From positions 35,402,001 through 35,466,000 of the forward strand of contig OZ320318.1 of assembly GCA_976226885.1 (NCBI GenBank): a DNA stretch of 64,000 bases, read 5' to 3'. Source of the stretch: Iphione sp. A-MEVVRFRX5. Lineage: Eukaryota. The notes below the pieces were generated by a model that was not told the origin of the DNA, made no database searches, and saw nothing but the letters and a program-made list of their open reading frames with translations. Of this stretch, positions 25,436-36,623 are shown piece after piece. The position numbers and the translations under genes were made by a program. The number at the start of each line of letters is the position of its first letter. The first letter of the stretch is position 1.

Positions 25436-27580
25436 TTACACATTTAAGACAGGTGTAACATTGGGCCGTACTCGGTTGAGTGCGAGGCGGCGGACGTCAT
25501 CGGTCATCTTAGCTGCCTGGCGCTGGTCGGAGGTCGCCCTCGACATGGTGTCAGCCAATGTCATCGTGACACCAGGAGCGTGGACGTACTCCAGATGAAC
25601 CTGTGCCCAGGCCTGATGGAACCAGATCGTCCTGGCTGCTGCGAGCATCCGCGGGTCACGACCTCGCCCTGTCTGGAAGACTGCTACGGCCGCTTGGTTG
25701 TCACATTTGATACGAATGGTGGAACCTGCATCTGCTGAGGTGACAAATGTACATACTGCTAATGCGACGTTAGCCGCCTCAAGCTGTGAAATATGCATGG
25801 AACTATGTGACGGAAGCGTCTCACACGCATAATAAGCACGGCCATCGGTGGCTCCCACACCCTGCAGACATGCATCTGCCTCAATTGTTCGTGAATACAC
25901 CCGTTGCTGTATTATCGCCCTACCGTTCCACTGAGCCATGTACGCCAGGAACCATTCTAGATCCCGCCGCATCTCATTGTTGACCCTGATGTAGGATCCT
26001 TTTACTGCCCGGTACGTGGCGAGTATGCGCCCGAGAAAGAGTCTAGCCGGGGGAACACACTTCGCTATGAAGAGCAACCTACCCAACAACGACTGCATCT
26101 GTCTCCTTGTTAATGCCTTCCTCTTGTACGCGTGGGCAACGGCCCGCCTTACCTCTTGCAGCTTATCGGGGGGGACGGACAGGACCATGTGCTGGGCATC
26201 AATGTGGATTCCGAGCCACGTTGCCGTCCTCGCCAGGGGCTGCGCCTTGTCATATGCTTCCGGAAGTCCGAGCCTGGCGAGCAGCTGCCTAGCTTCGTCG
26301 TATGCCGCCCATGCTGCTGGCCCCGATGGTGCGACGACTACAAGGTCGTCCAGGTACATGAGGGCCCGGATCCCCCGCGCCGCCAACATGCTGACCAACG
26401 CATCGGCTACCTTCTGCATGTGGCACGAGGAGACCCGGGCCCCAAAAGGCATGGACGTATCCAGGTAGTACTTGGACTCCCACTGGAACAATAGCAGAGG
26501 CCAGTCGAGCGGGCACGTACGGAAGTTCTTGTATGCCCGCTCCAGGTCCAACACAAAGATATGTGGGTCCGGTCCGGTCTGCAATAGAATGTTGGTTAAT
26601 GCGTCAATCGATGGTAATGAGTGTGACTGCATTTGTCCCAGGACTGTGTTCTTTCCTATATATGCGTTTACCGACCTATCCAATGGAAAAGAGAGGTCGG
26701 TAATCACGCGTCTCTTATCAGGATGCTTTTTGGGCCTTGACATAAGTGGCGCCACGTGGGCCCATGGTGTAAACGGGGAGGCGTCGTACGGGCCATATAC
26801 CGCCTCGCATGTAAGCTCCTTTTGTATGAACTGGCGGACCTGATCTGGGTAGTTTTCTGCACTGGGATGGTTCTTAACATGTCTAGTATCAGATGTTGGA
26901 CCCATATATCCCAGCGGGAACCCGTAGCGTAAGAATAGGCGCAGCTGATCAAATCTGCTTTCATGAGATAGTTCCTGGTCCCACACTTCAAGGTTGAGGT
27001 TCGACGGGAGGTCTACCTTGGCCTGAAGGGCGTTGGGCATGCCTGTCTGCTTGACCGTATGGTATATCTGCTCTATGTGGGCTGGGAGTATATGGCCCTC
27101 AACTACCGGCCAGAACCTACGTCTATGTTGTTGCATCTTTGCACAATCATAGAGTCGCTTGCATTTAATTGTATCATCAGCACATGCCTTCTTAACCTGT
27201 TCAAATGGTACATACGACTCTTCTGAATTTTTAACTGTTTGGCTAATAGATTGTGATTTTGCAGACATAATATCATATGCGTCAGCCCTTACCTGGTCGG
27301 TCTGCGTATCGTCATGGTCCTGGCAGGGCGCTAGTCGTTTTTTGGTGGAGCGTATGATGGGTAGTGGTTGCGCTGTTGACCGTCCACCTGCTGCTGGGTG
27401 TGGGGCCACTGCTGGGCATGCCGAGGAGCGTTGTTGTACATGTTGTGTTGTTGCTGTGGGCGTTGTTGTGTATTGGAGTTGCTGTGCTGTCGCGGCGGTG
27501 CGGTGGCTCTCTGTCGTTTGCCACACGCCGACACGGAGTGTGGGTGTCTGGCGCCTGAAACAGCATAGCAGTATGCACAA
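25436..27580 (-). CDS. Reverse transcriptase-RNase H (pol); the true N-terminus is probably supplied by gag through a frameshift
   Basis: RT motifs LDLERAYK, MPFGARVSS, YLDD; RNase H motifs EADACLQG, QLEAAN, KCDNQAAV, ADTMSR. Confidence 0.95.
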   Translation of the reverse strand: MCILLCCFRRQTPTLRVGVWQTTESHRTAATAQQLQYTTTPTATTQHVQQRSSACPAVAPHPAAGGRSTAQPLPIIRSTKKRLAPCQDHDDTQTDQVRADAYDIMSAKSQSISQTVKNSEESYVPFEQVKKACADDTIKCKRLYDCAKMQQHRRRFWPVVEGHILPAHIEQIYHTVKQTGMPNALQAKVDLPSNLNLEVWDQELSHESRFDQLRLFLRYGFPLGYMGPTSDTRHVKNHPSAENYPDQVRQFIQKELTCEAVYGPYDASPFTPWAHVAPLMSRPKKHPDKRRVITDLSFPLDRSVNAYIGKNTVLGQMQSHSLPSIDALTNILLQTGPDPHIFVLDLERAYKNFRTCPLDWPLLLFQWESKYYLDTSMPFGARVSSCHMQKVADALVSMLAARGIRALMYLDDLVVVAPSGPAAWAAYDEARQLLARLGLPEAYDKAQPLARTATWLGIHIDAQHMVLSVPPDKLQEVRRAVAHAYKRKALTRRQMQSLLGRLLFIAKCVPPARLFLGRILATYRAVKGSYIRVNNEMRRDLEWFLAYMAQWNGRAIIQQRVYSRTIEADACLQGVGATDGRAYYACETLPSHSSMHISQLEAANVALAVCTFVTSADAGSTIRIKCDNQAAVAVFQTGRGRDPRMLAAARTIWFHQAWAQVHLEYVHAPGVTMTLADTMSRATSDQRQAAKMTDDVRRLALNRVRPNVTPVLNV

Positions 27581-28557
27581 ATGTGTAACATTCGATAGTG
27601 TTCAAACGTGTGGGAGTCACCTTTGAAAGCACATGACCCGGTTCCATACTCTGGGCACGGTGTCTCGACCTCCCGAGCAGTTGTCGACGGGGCCAGTGAC
27701 CACAACATCCTCTCGTGCTGTATCCGAGCGTCGTTGTCCCACGTGGCTTCCCCTCTTTCGACCATGTCGAATATCTTGTTCGACCATTTTCGAACGCCAG
27801 CCCACGTCCGCGTCTGGGTGTCTTGCGCGACTTGGCATGCGTGCTGAAGTAGAAACTTGGCATCCCTAGGTGAAGTAGAGTTCTCGTCAAGAATAAGGGC
27901 CAGCAGTGCCGGCATAAATTCTTTGTATGTTAGCTTCCCCCTGTATTCTGCCTTACTTTTAATAGTTGTTAAGCCTTCTTTGTCCAGATACATATGAGGT
28001 TTGGGTATTATCTGGCGAATACGAAAATCGTGATTACCTTTCTCTGGGGCATTCGCCGACAGCCAGGGAGCTGCGGACTCCAAGTATGAGTCCACGAACT
28101 CTTGTACCGCTGGTGTGCGCCGTAGCTGCGTAGGATTGGGCACTGCCATGTGCGTGGTTGTGCCTTGTTGCGCCGGCAGACCTGGTGGCACTCGCGTGGT
28201 CAGACGTGGGTCGACAGGGTGGGTCTGTGTGACGGGGACATTATAGGGGCCCGCCTGCTGCACCTGTTGCTGTGGTAGAACTTGGTTCTGCACTTGCGCC
28301 TGGGTCTGGAGTTGCTTGGCCATCGTCTGTTGTATAAGGGACGACAATTGGAATACATGAGATTTGAGGTCGTCCATGTCGCTTACCAGTTTTTGTTGTG
28401 TCGCTGCTGCTGACGGCCGTCGGCGGCGAGGCGTGGCTCCCGGGTTCACATTGTCCCTATTCTCGTCCTGGTTGTCTCGTATTTCTTGGTCTTGTTGGAC
28501 GTTGGGCTGTTCCGGGGCTCCCTGGACCTGTTCGTTTTGTGCTGCGTTGTCGGCCAT
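27331..28557 (-). CDS. Gag-like protein (408 aa) with a C-terminal Cys/His cluster
   Basis: First ORF after repeat A1; CPEYGTGSC...H...HICAYC...H...C zinc-binding pattern typical of DIRS/Ngaro gag; Q-rich linkers. Confidence 0.85.
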   Translation of the reverse strand: MADNAAQNEQVQGAPEQPNVQQDQEIRDNQDENRDNVNPGATPRRRRPSAAATQQKLVSDMDDLKSHVFQLSSLIQQTMAKQLQTQAQVQNQVLPQQQVQQAGPYNVPVTQTHPVDPRLTTRVPPGLPAQQGTTTHMAVPNPTQLRRTPAVQEFVDSYLESAAPWLSANAPEKGNHDFRIRQIIPKPHMYLDKEGLTTIKSKAEYRGKLTYKEFMPALLALILDENSTSPRDAKFLLQHACQVAQDTQTRTWAGVRKWSNKIFDMVERGEATWDNDARIQHERMLWSLAPSTTAREVETPCPEYGTGSCAFKGDSHTFEHYRMLHICAYCYAVSGARHPHSVSACGKRQRATAPPRQHSNSNTQQRPQQQHNMYNNAPRHAQQWPHTQQQVDGQQRNHYPSYAPPKND

Positions 28558-28608
28558 ATCGCACGTGTTCGCTTGTCAGCCGTTGGTCTGGTTGCCCTGG
28601 TCCGGTCC

Positions 28609-28712
28609 CTTTCGCTGCGCCGCTACGAGAGAGTGCTGACCCGCAGCTACAGCGTATTTATAGTGGTGGGGCGCCCTCCCACCTAATGACTTCCCATTTA
28701 CATGCGCGACCC
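28609..28712 (-). repeat. Split direct repeat A1 (5' end of the element)
   Basis: Identical to 24201-24304. Confidence 0.95.
28635..28662 (-). promoter_or_regulatory. Putative TATA box (TATAAA 28662-28657) and Inr-like TCAGC within repeat A
   Basis: Minus strand cacTATAAAtacgctgtagctgcgggTCAGCac, ~100 nt upstream of the gag ATG. Confidence 0.45.
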
Positions 28713-28928
28713 ATGATATTCGGGTCTGCAATAAAAGGTGAAATAAGTTATGAGCTTGCTTGTCCAAAAATTTGTTCGTCTTTTGTAATTGTTTTTGCAA
28801 TACGATCGCTGAATTTGAGAGAGGAACGCTAGTTTGATAGACGAACTGCTGACCTATTTTCGGAAACCGCAACTGCCGACGTTTTTCTCATTCTGTTGAT
28901 GGACACGCTATCGAAGCCTGGTAGAGAC

Positions 28929-29251
28929 CAGGCCCGTAGCCAGGAATTTTTGTGGGGGGTATCTGAATTTAAAGAGGTGGAACTCCTGATAAGAAAGGTG
29001 GAACTCCTGGTTAAAGAAGGGGAACTCCTGGCAAGCATTACAGCCATGTTAGCTATATTTCATGCAAAAAGCAACATATTTCCTCACTTTTCCTTACATC
29101 AGTTCACAAGTTTTGCTGTTTTATTGCCAAATTTGCATGAAATTCACACTTTTCCCAGTCTTCTGAAGCATTTTTCTTCTCAGGGTGGAACTCATGAGGC
29201 TTCTGGGGGGTATCTGAAGATACCCCCGATACCCCCTTCGCTACGGGCCTG
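28929..29251. mobile_element. MITE family A, second copy (inverted), 5-bp TSD GAGAC
   Basis: caggcccgtagcc ... gctacgggcctg; gagac on both flanks; same 21-bp subterminal repeats as 15039-15339. Confidence 0.8.
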
Positions 29252-32050
29252 GAGACCACGTGCGCCCTTCCCCGACACCAAAGCACCCGGAGCCCTTGTT
29301 AACTTCACCGTTCTAGACAGTCTTTCATTCATTCAGCCTAATAAATTAATTCCCCCCTGTGACCAGTATCAGCTATAAGTAACTACATGCGGGTTGTTTT
29401 TTCTGACAGGTGGAACTATTCAGGAAGAGGCAATTGAGATAATGAACTTCTCCTCTCTCCCTAAATCCTGCATCTCTGGGTTTTAAAGTAGTACGTCGAT
29501 GGAAAGGTCTAAGGGTGAAATGTCACGGAATGATTAATCGGTCCGCGTGAAACGGGGGGGGGGCGGAAACAGGCCAGGAATAAACAGGACGTTGGAGATA
29601 TTCAGAGGATGAGATGAGTTAGTCGAGCAATAAATTTGTCAGCAATGAATTGGTTGGGGAATTTGACACCGTAAAAGGAGATATTTTATGATTCAGCTAT
29701 TTTTACACACATGCTCTGTTACCCAAATTGCATTCCTAATCACATTTTTTCCTCAAACTACCTTTTTTCAGGGGATCGATAGACTGACACCAAATCCTCA
29801 TCACAAACATCCGCTCAGCATATGTAGCTGGCATGCAGTCTTTGTCCATTGGACGTCTCACTCTGTACAGTTCACTAAATGCAAACAATTACCGATATCA
29901 GGAGACGGGGGAAATCCCGGCGTTCTGGATACTTAGGACTCACAAAGTGAAAGTACCGCTCTTCGGGATTACCAGACGAGCATGCGTACTGGTTAAACCG
30001 CTAGTTTCGCGTCTGGACCCTGGATCGACTTATGTAGTGTCAAAGGCTGAGATCCGAAACTAGGTAGGGTAAAAACATATGAATCTATACCAAAGATGTC
30101 AAAACATGATTAAATACACGTTTGTAACAATGTGAGGGACAGTCTGGGTGTCTGTCTTTCTCGAATTTCCTCCAGCCTGCGGCAATTGTCTATAATTCGT
30201 CAGAATATGGAGAAGTGTATTGGAGGTTATGGTAAAGATGTCATCAATTAATTAAAATATGGGGAATTTTCTTGGAGGCGAGACCAAAGATGTCTTATAT
30301 TGATTAGAATAAGGAGGATTTTATTGGGGGTTACTCTAAAAGGGTCTATAATTCGCTAAAACCACGCATGGGTCGTACTTTGGTCATACATAACTTTGAC
30401 TAAACTTGCCACAGAATGACAACTCTTGCTCTAAATACAAAGGCCATCTTGCGGCCTACAACCACTGTCCTATTACCTACTATAGCTGATTCCCCACCCC
30501 ACCCCCACCACACGCCCAACCAATACCATGTATGAACGTTAGACCTCTATCACGCCCTGCATGAGCATAAGATCTCCTACCACATCCCGTGCGAGGGCCA
30601 GGCCCTCTCCGTCACCCCATAAGGCTATAAGCTCAGGCCCCTCCAAAGGTAAACATGCCTCTTAACAGTGAAAAATGGCATGAACCCGTCCTCAGAAGCA
30701 CGGACCATTACAGACGTTTCGGCCACCACAAGTCAGTATGAATATGGAGGTCGCCCTTTCCACAACAAGACATTTCCCATGCACGTTTTATGTAAGACCA
30801 TAAACAGGACTTGCTGCACGAATCCGTTATCGAGCATAAGAAATCAACGGCCTTGATTAATTACCGTGGAAAGGATAGGGAAAACTACCAAGTCACCTAG
30901 ATAATGAAGTAAAATATCAGACGAATATCTAGATCATGATACTTTCTACAATTGTAAATCACGTTTGACGATGAAAGCACATAAAAAAAACCTGTGGACT
31001 TAGCACATTTTTTCCAATATAAACTTTTAAAACTTATTCGATAAGACAGATAGATACTTTAAGTTAAAATGAGCCTTCTGTTATCCAGTAGAACCTTACA
31101 CATTGAATTTTTAATTAAATTACCGCATATTTCGGGAGGGAGACGAGTTTTTTTTTACATATTGCATACATGATCTAACTTCCCTCGAATAAACATCTTG
31201 TCTACACAAGCATTCTATTCAATTAAAATGAAAAGGATAATCATGCAGAGCATCTATTTAAGTTTGAGCCTGTGTTGTCTTTTATATATCGGCGGCTACT
31301 TATGAATGGCAACCCTGGGATGACCTTGAGCTTGTATCCATTCTTCTCCAGTTATGGTAATCAACGGCTCAGGTGTATGGATCTACATGTGCATGTATAT
31401 CATATAGCATGTTTTCATGGTTGTGCCACTGTGCTTTGGGGTTGGGAAAGTTTCTACATTCCATGTTTGTGTATGCACGTTTTCGGGATGTTTTTTTGGG
31501 GGGAGGGGGGAACTATGGTTGATAGAACGCATAATAGAAGATTGCACGCCAGTTCCCCTACTGTTTGACCAGAAATCACTGGTGTCAGTTGTTCATGCGA
31601 GCACAGGCACAAAAGCAGACCACAAGCCACACGCTACATGCATACATGAATTGAAAGCCTTAAGGTGCAGTTATATCAGATCACATACTCACCCTGCTTG
31701 CTTTCGTATTCTCTGTCCATGACAAGTAAAGGCTTCAGCGGCTCATCATCATAAGGATTGGAAAACCTGCATTAAAGGAAAGATCGGTGCTGACGGACGT
31801 AGATGTAATACATAAACTTGCCAAATTTGACGTCAGAGGGGAACATACTTCATACTTGAAGTGTGTACTATACAATTTACTCAACTCTTTGCATAAACTC
31901 TCGTAGTATTGTTCAAAGTAGAATCTGATGTCTAATACTATAGATATTTATATTCGTGTATGTAAACATGAAGCACGAAATCCAGTTCCATCAGTTATCT
32001 TGAGGCGGAAGAATCATTATGACCTAATCAATGAAATGAGAGCTACTCAC

Positions 32051-32128
32051 CGAGAGCCACCAGCAGTGTAATGTTAGGTGCCTCTTGACCAGACACTGGG
32101 AAACCTGCATAATCTTTGCACCAGGTCC
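32051..32128 (-). CDS. Candidate exon (phase 1-1) GTWCKDYAGFPVSGQEAPNITLLVAL
   Basis: Acceptor gttttctttag, donor gtgagt, open in the phase left by the 32307-32459 exon. Confidence 0.3.
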
Positions 32129-32306
32129 CTAAAGAAAACGTTTGCCAGAGATCAGTATATATATATATATAAACAGAAGCCCACTATCTGCATGTAATAC
32201 TTGGATACGAAAATGTGATGAGTGAGAGCAAACTAAAAGCACCAGGTTCTAATTCATTGGTCTACAACTGTGGAATTGATAGTTGTAGGGTAAATTTTGT
32301 AATCAC

Positions 32307-32459
32307 CTGGACAGAATCGCATGCACTGGAATTCATTCACCGGTCCACTTTGTTGGCACAGCATCTCACAAGACTCCTCTGTCGAAGGGATCGGTAAGCT
32401 TGACGTGAGGTTGTACCTTTCATTCTTGTATTGCTCTCTCCGGAGGTTATCTTCACACT
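32307..32459 (-). CDS. Candidate cysteine-rich extracellular exon (phase 1-1) ...CEMLCQQSGPVNEFQCMRFCP
   Basis: Acceptor ttctgtccacag, donor gtgatt; only the Cys-rich frame is open over all 153 nt; CxxxC...CxxxCP spacing resembles small TNFR-like Cys domains. Confidence 0.4.
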
Positions 32460-34081
32460 CTGTGGACAGAATTATTAGCGAATTTTATTACTGATGCTTA
32501 GCATGCCAAGCTATCAATACTCTGTTGTACAGAATTATCCATACCTGCATTTTGGTTGCATATACAGCTAAAATATAGAAGGTGGAATGCAGAATCGCAG
32601 CATTATCATTATTTGTTATGCAGCTTGCAGATAGTTTCTTTAACATCCTGTAGGTCATCTGTAATGCACTGAGATACAGTGAGGGAGACCTCTTGATTCA
32701 ATTCATACTGCAGCTTTATTATTAACATTGATACAGACTATGTTTTCAGAGCCGACATGATGCCAATGCTATACCAGTCCTGCTATCTAAATTATATTTT
32801 GTAGTGACATAAAGTCCTGACTCAATATCCATTGAACTACATGTCAAAAAAGAATACATAAGGTAAATGTGCATATAGTTTAAATGTCCTACTGCAAAGC
32901 ATGAATGGTGCACATAATTACAATAGTTAATTCCATCCTGGACCAAAGTTTACAATGGTACTCCTAGCTGTGCGATAGTTGAATCATCCTAACATTTATC
33001 AGACTTAATCTCTTAATTTTCTCTTGCACTTATAACCATGGAAACCTCAAGAACCTAACTTATGTCAAGCTGTTACACATTAAACTTTATGCATTCAAAA
33101 TAAAGAAAAGCTTTTCTCGTCTTTGTAACATGTCTTAACAATGGACAGGGAGTAGTTTGGGATAAACCATAATGTATCAATACAATTCGTTTGGAAATTA
33201 AATATTTTCAGATTGAAGAAGTCGGTGTTTGAGCTTTGACTATGCAACACACTAGAGTCAATGAGTAAATCGTCGCGTTTTTCCTTCAAACTTCTGTCTT
33301 TTCTTCATTCAGTATACTGATGACAGCAACTGTGTTACAGAAAACGGAAGCAGTAGGAAGCAGGCAAATAAGTTAATCAGTACAGTCCAGATTTCACCAC
33401 CATAAGCTGTATGCCATAGCATATAGTTCTCCGTTTCAGATCATTTAGTTATAGGAGGCCACAAATTTGGGCACTATTTACAATAGACTTGCTGCTAGGT
33501 AGGTAGCAAGCAGATCGATGGATTCCTGTCGGAATTAGTATTTAGATTCTATATCCTGTATCCATGTAGAGCATGTGTATTCTCTCCCTCTGTACAAATA
33601 TTCTGGAAATATGTAACAATTTCTTCGCAGACAGGCTATTTTTATAGGAATGTATCGCTTCATTTGAATTTTTATTGTTTTAATTTTGGAGGACATCTTT
33701 TGCGGTGAAACGGTGAATATCGTAAGTTTATGGAACACGGAGATGGAATATGAAAATTCCAATGCTTAGAGAGAACAATACTCGATAATAATATAAAGCA
33801 ATACTCAAGGATATAGTGACTTCCTTGTCAACAAATATCTATTTGGGAAACTAAAAATTATATATTCTGCCTATTGCAGTCATATATTCCTAAGCATTCC
33901 CGTCATATGTACCTAGATTGTAAAGAAATCGACCTATAGGTTTTGAAGGTAAGCGATCCATAAGATGGAAATTAATAGAGGACATATGGAAGATGGATAT
34001 TTCCAGGGATAATTACCATATGTGGCAAGTAATGTGAAAAGGGGTATCCAATACACTTGGGTCAAATGTCAAATAATGATT

Positions 34082-34111
34082 TCAATCAATCAATCAATCA
34101 ATCTTTTTATT
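34082..34111 (-). repeat. LINE-type 3' tail (AATAAA + (GATT)n)
   Basis: (caat)x5 followed by ctttttattg on the plus strand. Confidence 0.45.
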
Positions 34112-34697
34112 GTCAAACAGATCATTACAGCAGATGGGTAATGCTATACTCAGTTGACCAAATAGGTTTAATAGGCCTATAAATGAAGGAAATTAAAATC
34201 TAGTTATGAAAGACTTTATTTAATCTGTTGCAAGAATTAGTCTTGATAAAGTTTTATTCCTAATGAAGAATTGTGATGAATCATGTGATGAGATGTGTAA
34301 AAGAGCTAATTTACACGAGTACATGCAGTAAGTTCTCACTGTAATAAATTTTGGGGGATTGTTTAAATCACTATGTGAGGTAGAAATATGAACAAGGTTC
34401 TATTAAGGAATGAAAACCTTTCAAAAATACCTTTTCAAGAGCTGATTCTCATTAATGATTAAAATTCAAGATTAATTTACATATCTTACCGCATCCATAT
34501 GTTTAGCACTATAGGGTGTTAAAGAATGTATTAAATATTGATTTTGCAGTGATGTACAATTTTTCCCTGGCTTGTCACATACGTGTACATAAATTTGCAT
34601 GCATGCATAAACACACACACACACATGCACACACATCTGTAGAACTGATGTAAGACAGTGATTGGTTTCCCCTAAATTCTTTCTACACATCATACAC

Positions 34698-35072
34698 CAG
34701 TGGCGTAGGAAGCAGGGGGTCCAGGGGGGCCATGGCCCCACCACTTAAGAAAGTGGAGGGGCCATCATGTGGTTTGGCCCCCCCCCCACTTTTTGTGTGT
34801 GTGTGTGTATAATATTTTAATAATATAATATTATAAAAAATATTATACAGATTATAGCAAACACACTAAAAAATTATAAAAGAAAAGAAAAAAGATATAA
34901 TATACTTACAATTTAAAGCTCTTTAGATTGCAGTTTTAGTAATCAAAAATCCAAAATTTTCTGGGGGCCTTGAGCGGACCCCAGACCCCCTGCCACATAA
35001 GCTGCACCTCAGCCCTTCGGGCCTCAACTCAAACTTGGCCACCCCACTTTAATTTTACTTCCTACACCTCTG
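34698..35072. mobile_element. MITE family B, CAG..CTG ends, 5-bp TSD TACAC
   Basis: cagtggcgtaggaagc / acttcctacacctctg TIRs; tacac on both flanks; GC-rich subterminal arms. Confidence 0.75.
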
Positions 35073-35426
35073 TACACCTTTAAAACTTCCTTGCACAAAT
35101 AATATAAGGTACGCTTGCCTTCGGTTGAGGGGCACCACTGAATGCAGGTCATGTCATTCGGCCTGAAGTAGGAGCGTAGTTTTTCACACAGATCTTGACA
35201 CTTCAGTACCACATGCTGGAAAGATGTACATGTAGAATAAAATCATTTATTTACTTTCATGCTCTGCAGAAAATGTTTTATACTTATTAAGGACTACAAG
35301 AAAAACTAAGTTCATCGTATCGCAGAAACCCACCTTAGTGATTGTGGCCGCTGAAATCAGCAATCATTTCGAACAGCCCCCAGAGAGATCAAACTTAAGA
35401 AAGCACAAAACGATAAATATACTTAC

Positions 35427-35495
35427 AACATTAGCATCGCTCGTTTCCACCAATGATGTCAGGACGTAGAGGAGCATAAGAGGCGTGATTCCCAT
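35427..35495 (-). CDS. Candidate first coding exon encoding a signal peptide MGITPLMLLYVLTSLVETSDANV
   Basis: Acceptor gaattttag at 35507, ATG at 35495, hydrophobic core, perfect gtaagt donor at 35426. Confidence 0.4.
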
Positions 35496-36623
35496 AATAC
35501 GAATCTCTAAAATTCAACAGGAGCAGCAGATACAACTGTTGTCCGATCACTGTGTACCGTCCCAGCTCCGAGTAAACTGCCGTGCGCTTTCGCTACGTGT
35601 CAGAGGGCCGTCTTTGTTGAACGTATGGGATTCCCGGTTTTATCTCGTGGGTGTAGCCCTATAACCTCGCCAGTCTCCCTCCCATCCCTTCCACTGTTCT
35701 TCTTTTCTTCTTTTGTGTATATAAGTGTACGTATATTTGAATTCTATAATGTCGGCGTCGTATTTTCACAATACCTCAGTTCGTTTGCATTCAAACCTAA
35801 AGTTACACACGTAAGGATACGCTGACACTTGTTGACGCTGATGAGGGTAGACGGGTAAGGTGGGCAGTGTTTAAGTTGTTTGGCTACTTTGGCAAATTTC
35901 CGACAGCACGCCTTGGATGTGGCCTGCAGCGTTAATACCAGACCTGTCTGACAGAAATTAGACAGGGGCAAGGGAAGCATTTATATTTACCACACAGACT
36001 TCAACTCAGCCCGGACGGGTTGCACTGACCCTGGGCGGCTGGAGCTGTGCCAGTGGTTGTACTATCAAAACCACTCACCATTCAAACCAGACAAAGAAGA
36101 AGGCAAGAAAATATTTTGCCCGTCATTTGAACTTTCATATGTCTATGCGAACATTTAAAATAAATCATGTCCATTAAAACCGACTTAAACCGTTATAGTT
36201 AATAGGCGCATATGATTAATAATACACTGGTGCTTGGGTAACGATAGTTATCGGTCATGGTCACACCAAATTGTTCTCACCTACCGTTGTGTTGGCAGCA
36301 AGTGTCAGAGAATCACAGAACTTTGCGAGGGAAATCGATCACCTATTGCTCGCCTCTTCTCACGTCAGCTTCCTATTTGGTAACCCGTCATTCAAAGCTG
36401 GCCATCGCCCTCACAACAAGCCTGTTTACATTCATACTTCCATTCAGCCAACGGGTTGCACATGACTGTCCCGTGAGGATGAGTCACTAGCGTTGCACGA
36501 AAAAACCTTTGTCATCTAATTATGCAGCTAATGCCTCTTTTTTGAAATATATATATATATCTATGATGTCAATTGTCCTATTGCTTAAGACACAGGCACA
36601 CAAAGTTCTACGTGTACATGCAC

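Larger units (their letters stand above)
23922..28714 (-). mobile_element. Ngaro-like (DIRS-order) tyrosine-recombinase retrotransposon, full length, ORFs intact
   Basis: gag, RT/RNaseH and YR ORFs in tandem; split direct repeats A1-ORFs-B1-A2-spacer-B2; no methyltransferase domain visible after RNase H; no TSD. Confidence 0.92.

Noticed and set aside
27312-27890. 192-aa third-frame ORF overlapping gag and pol, plus antisense ORFs across the element
   Set aside because: No recognisable motif; expected in GC-rich coding DNA
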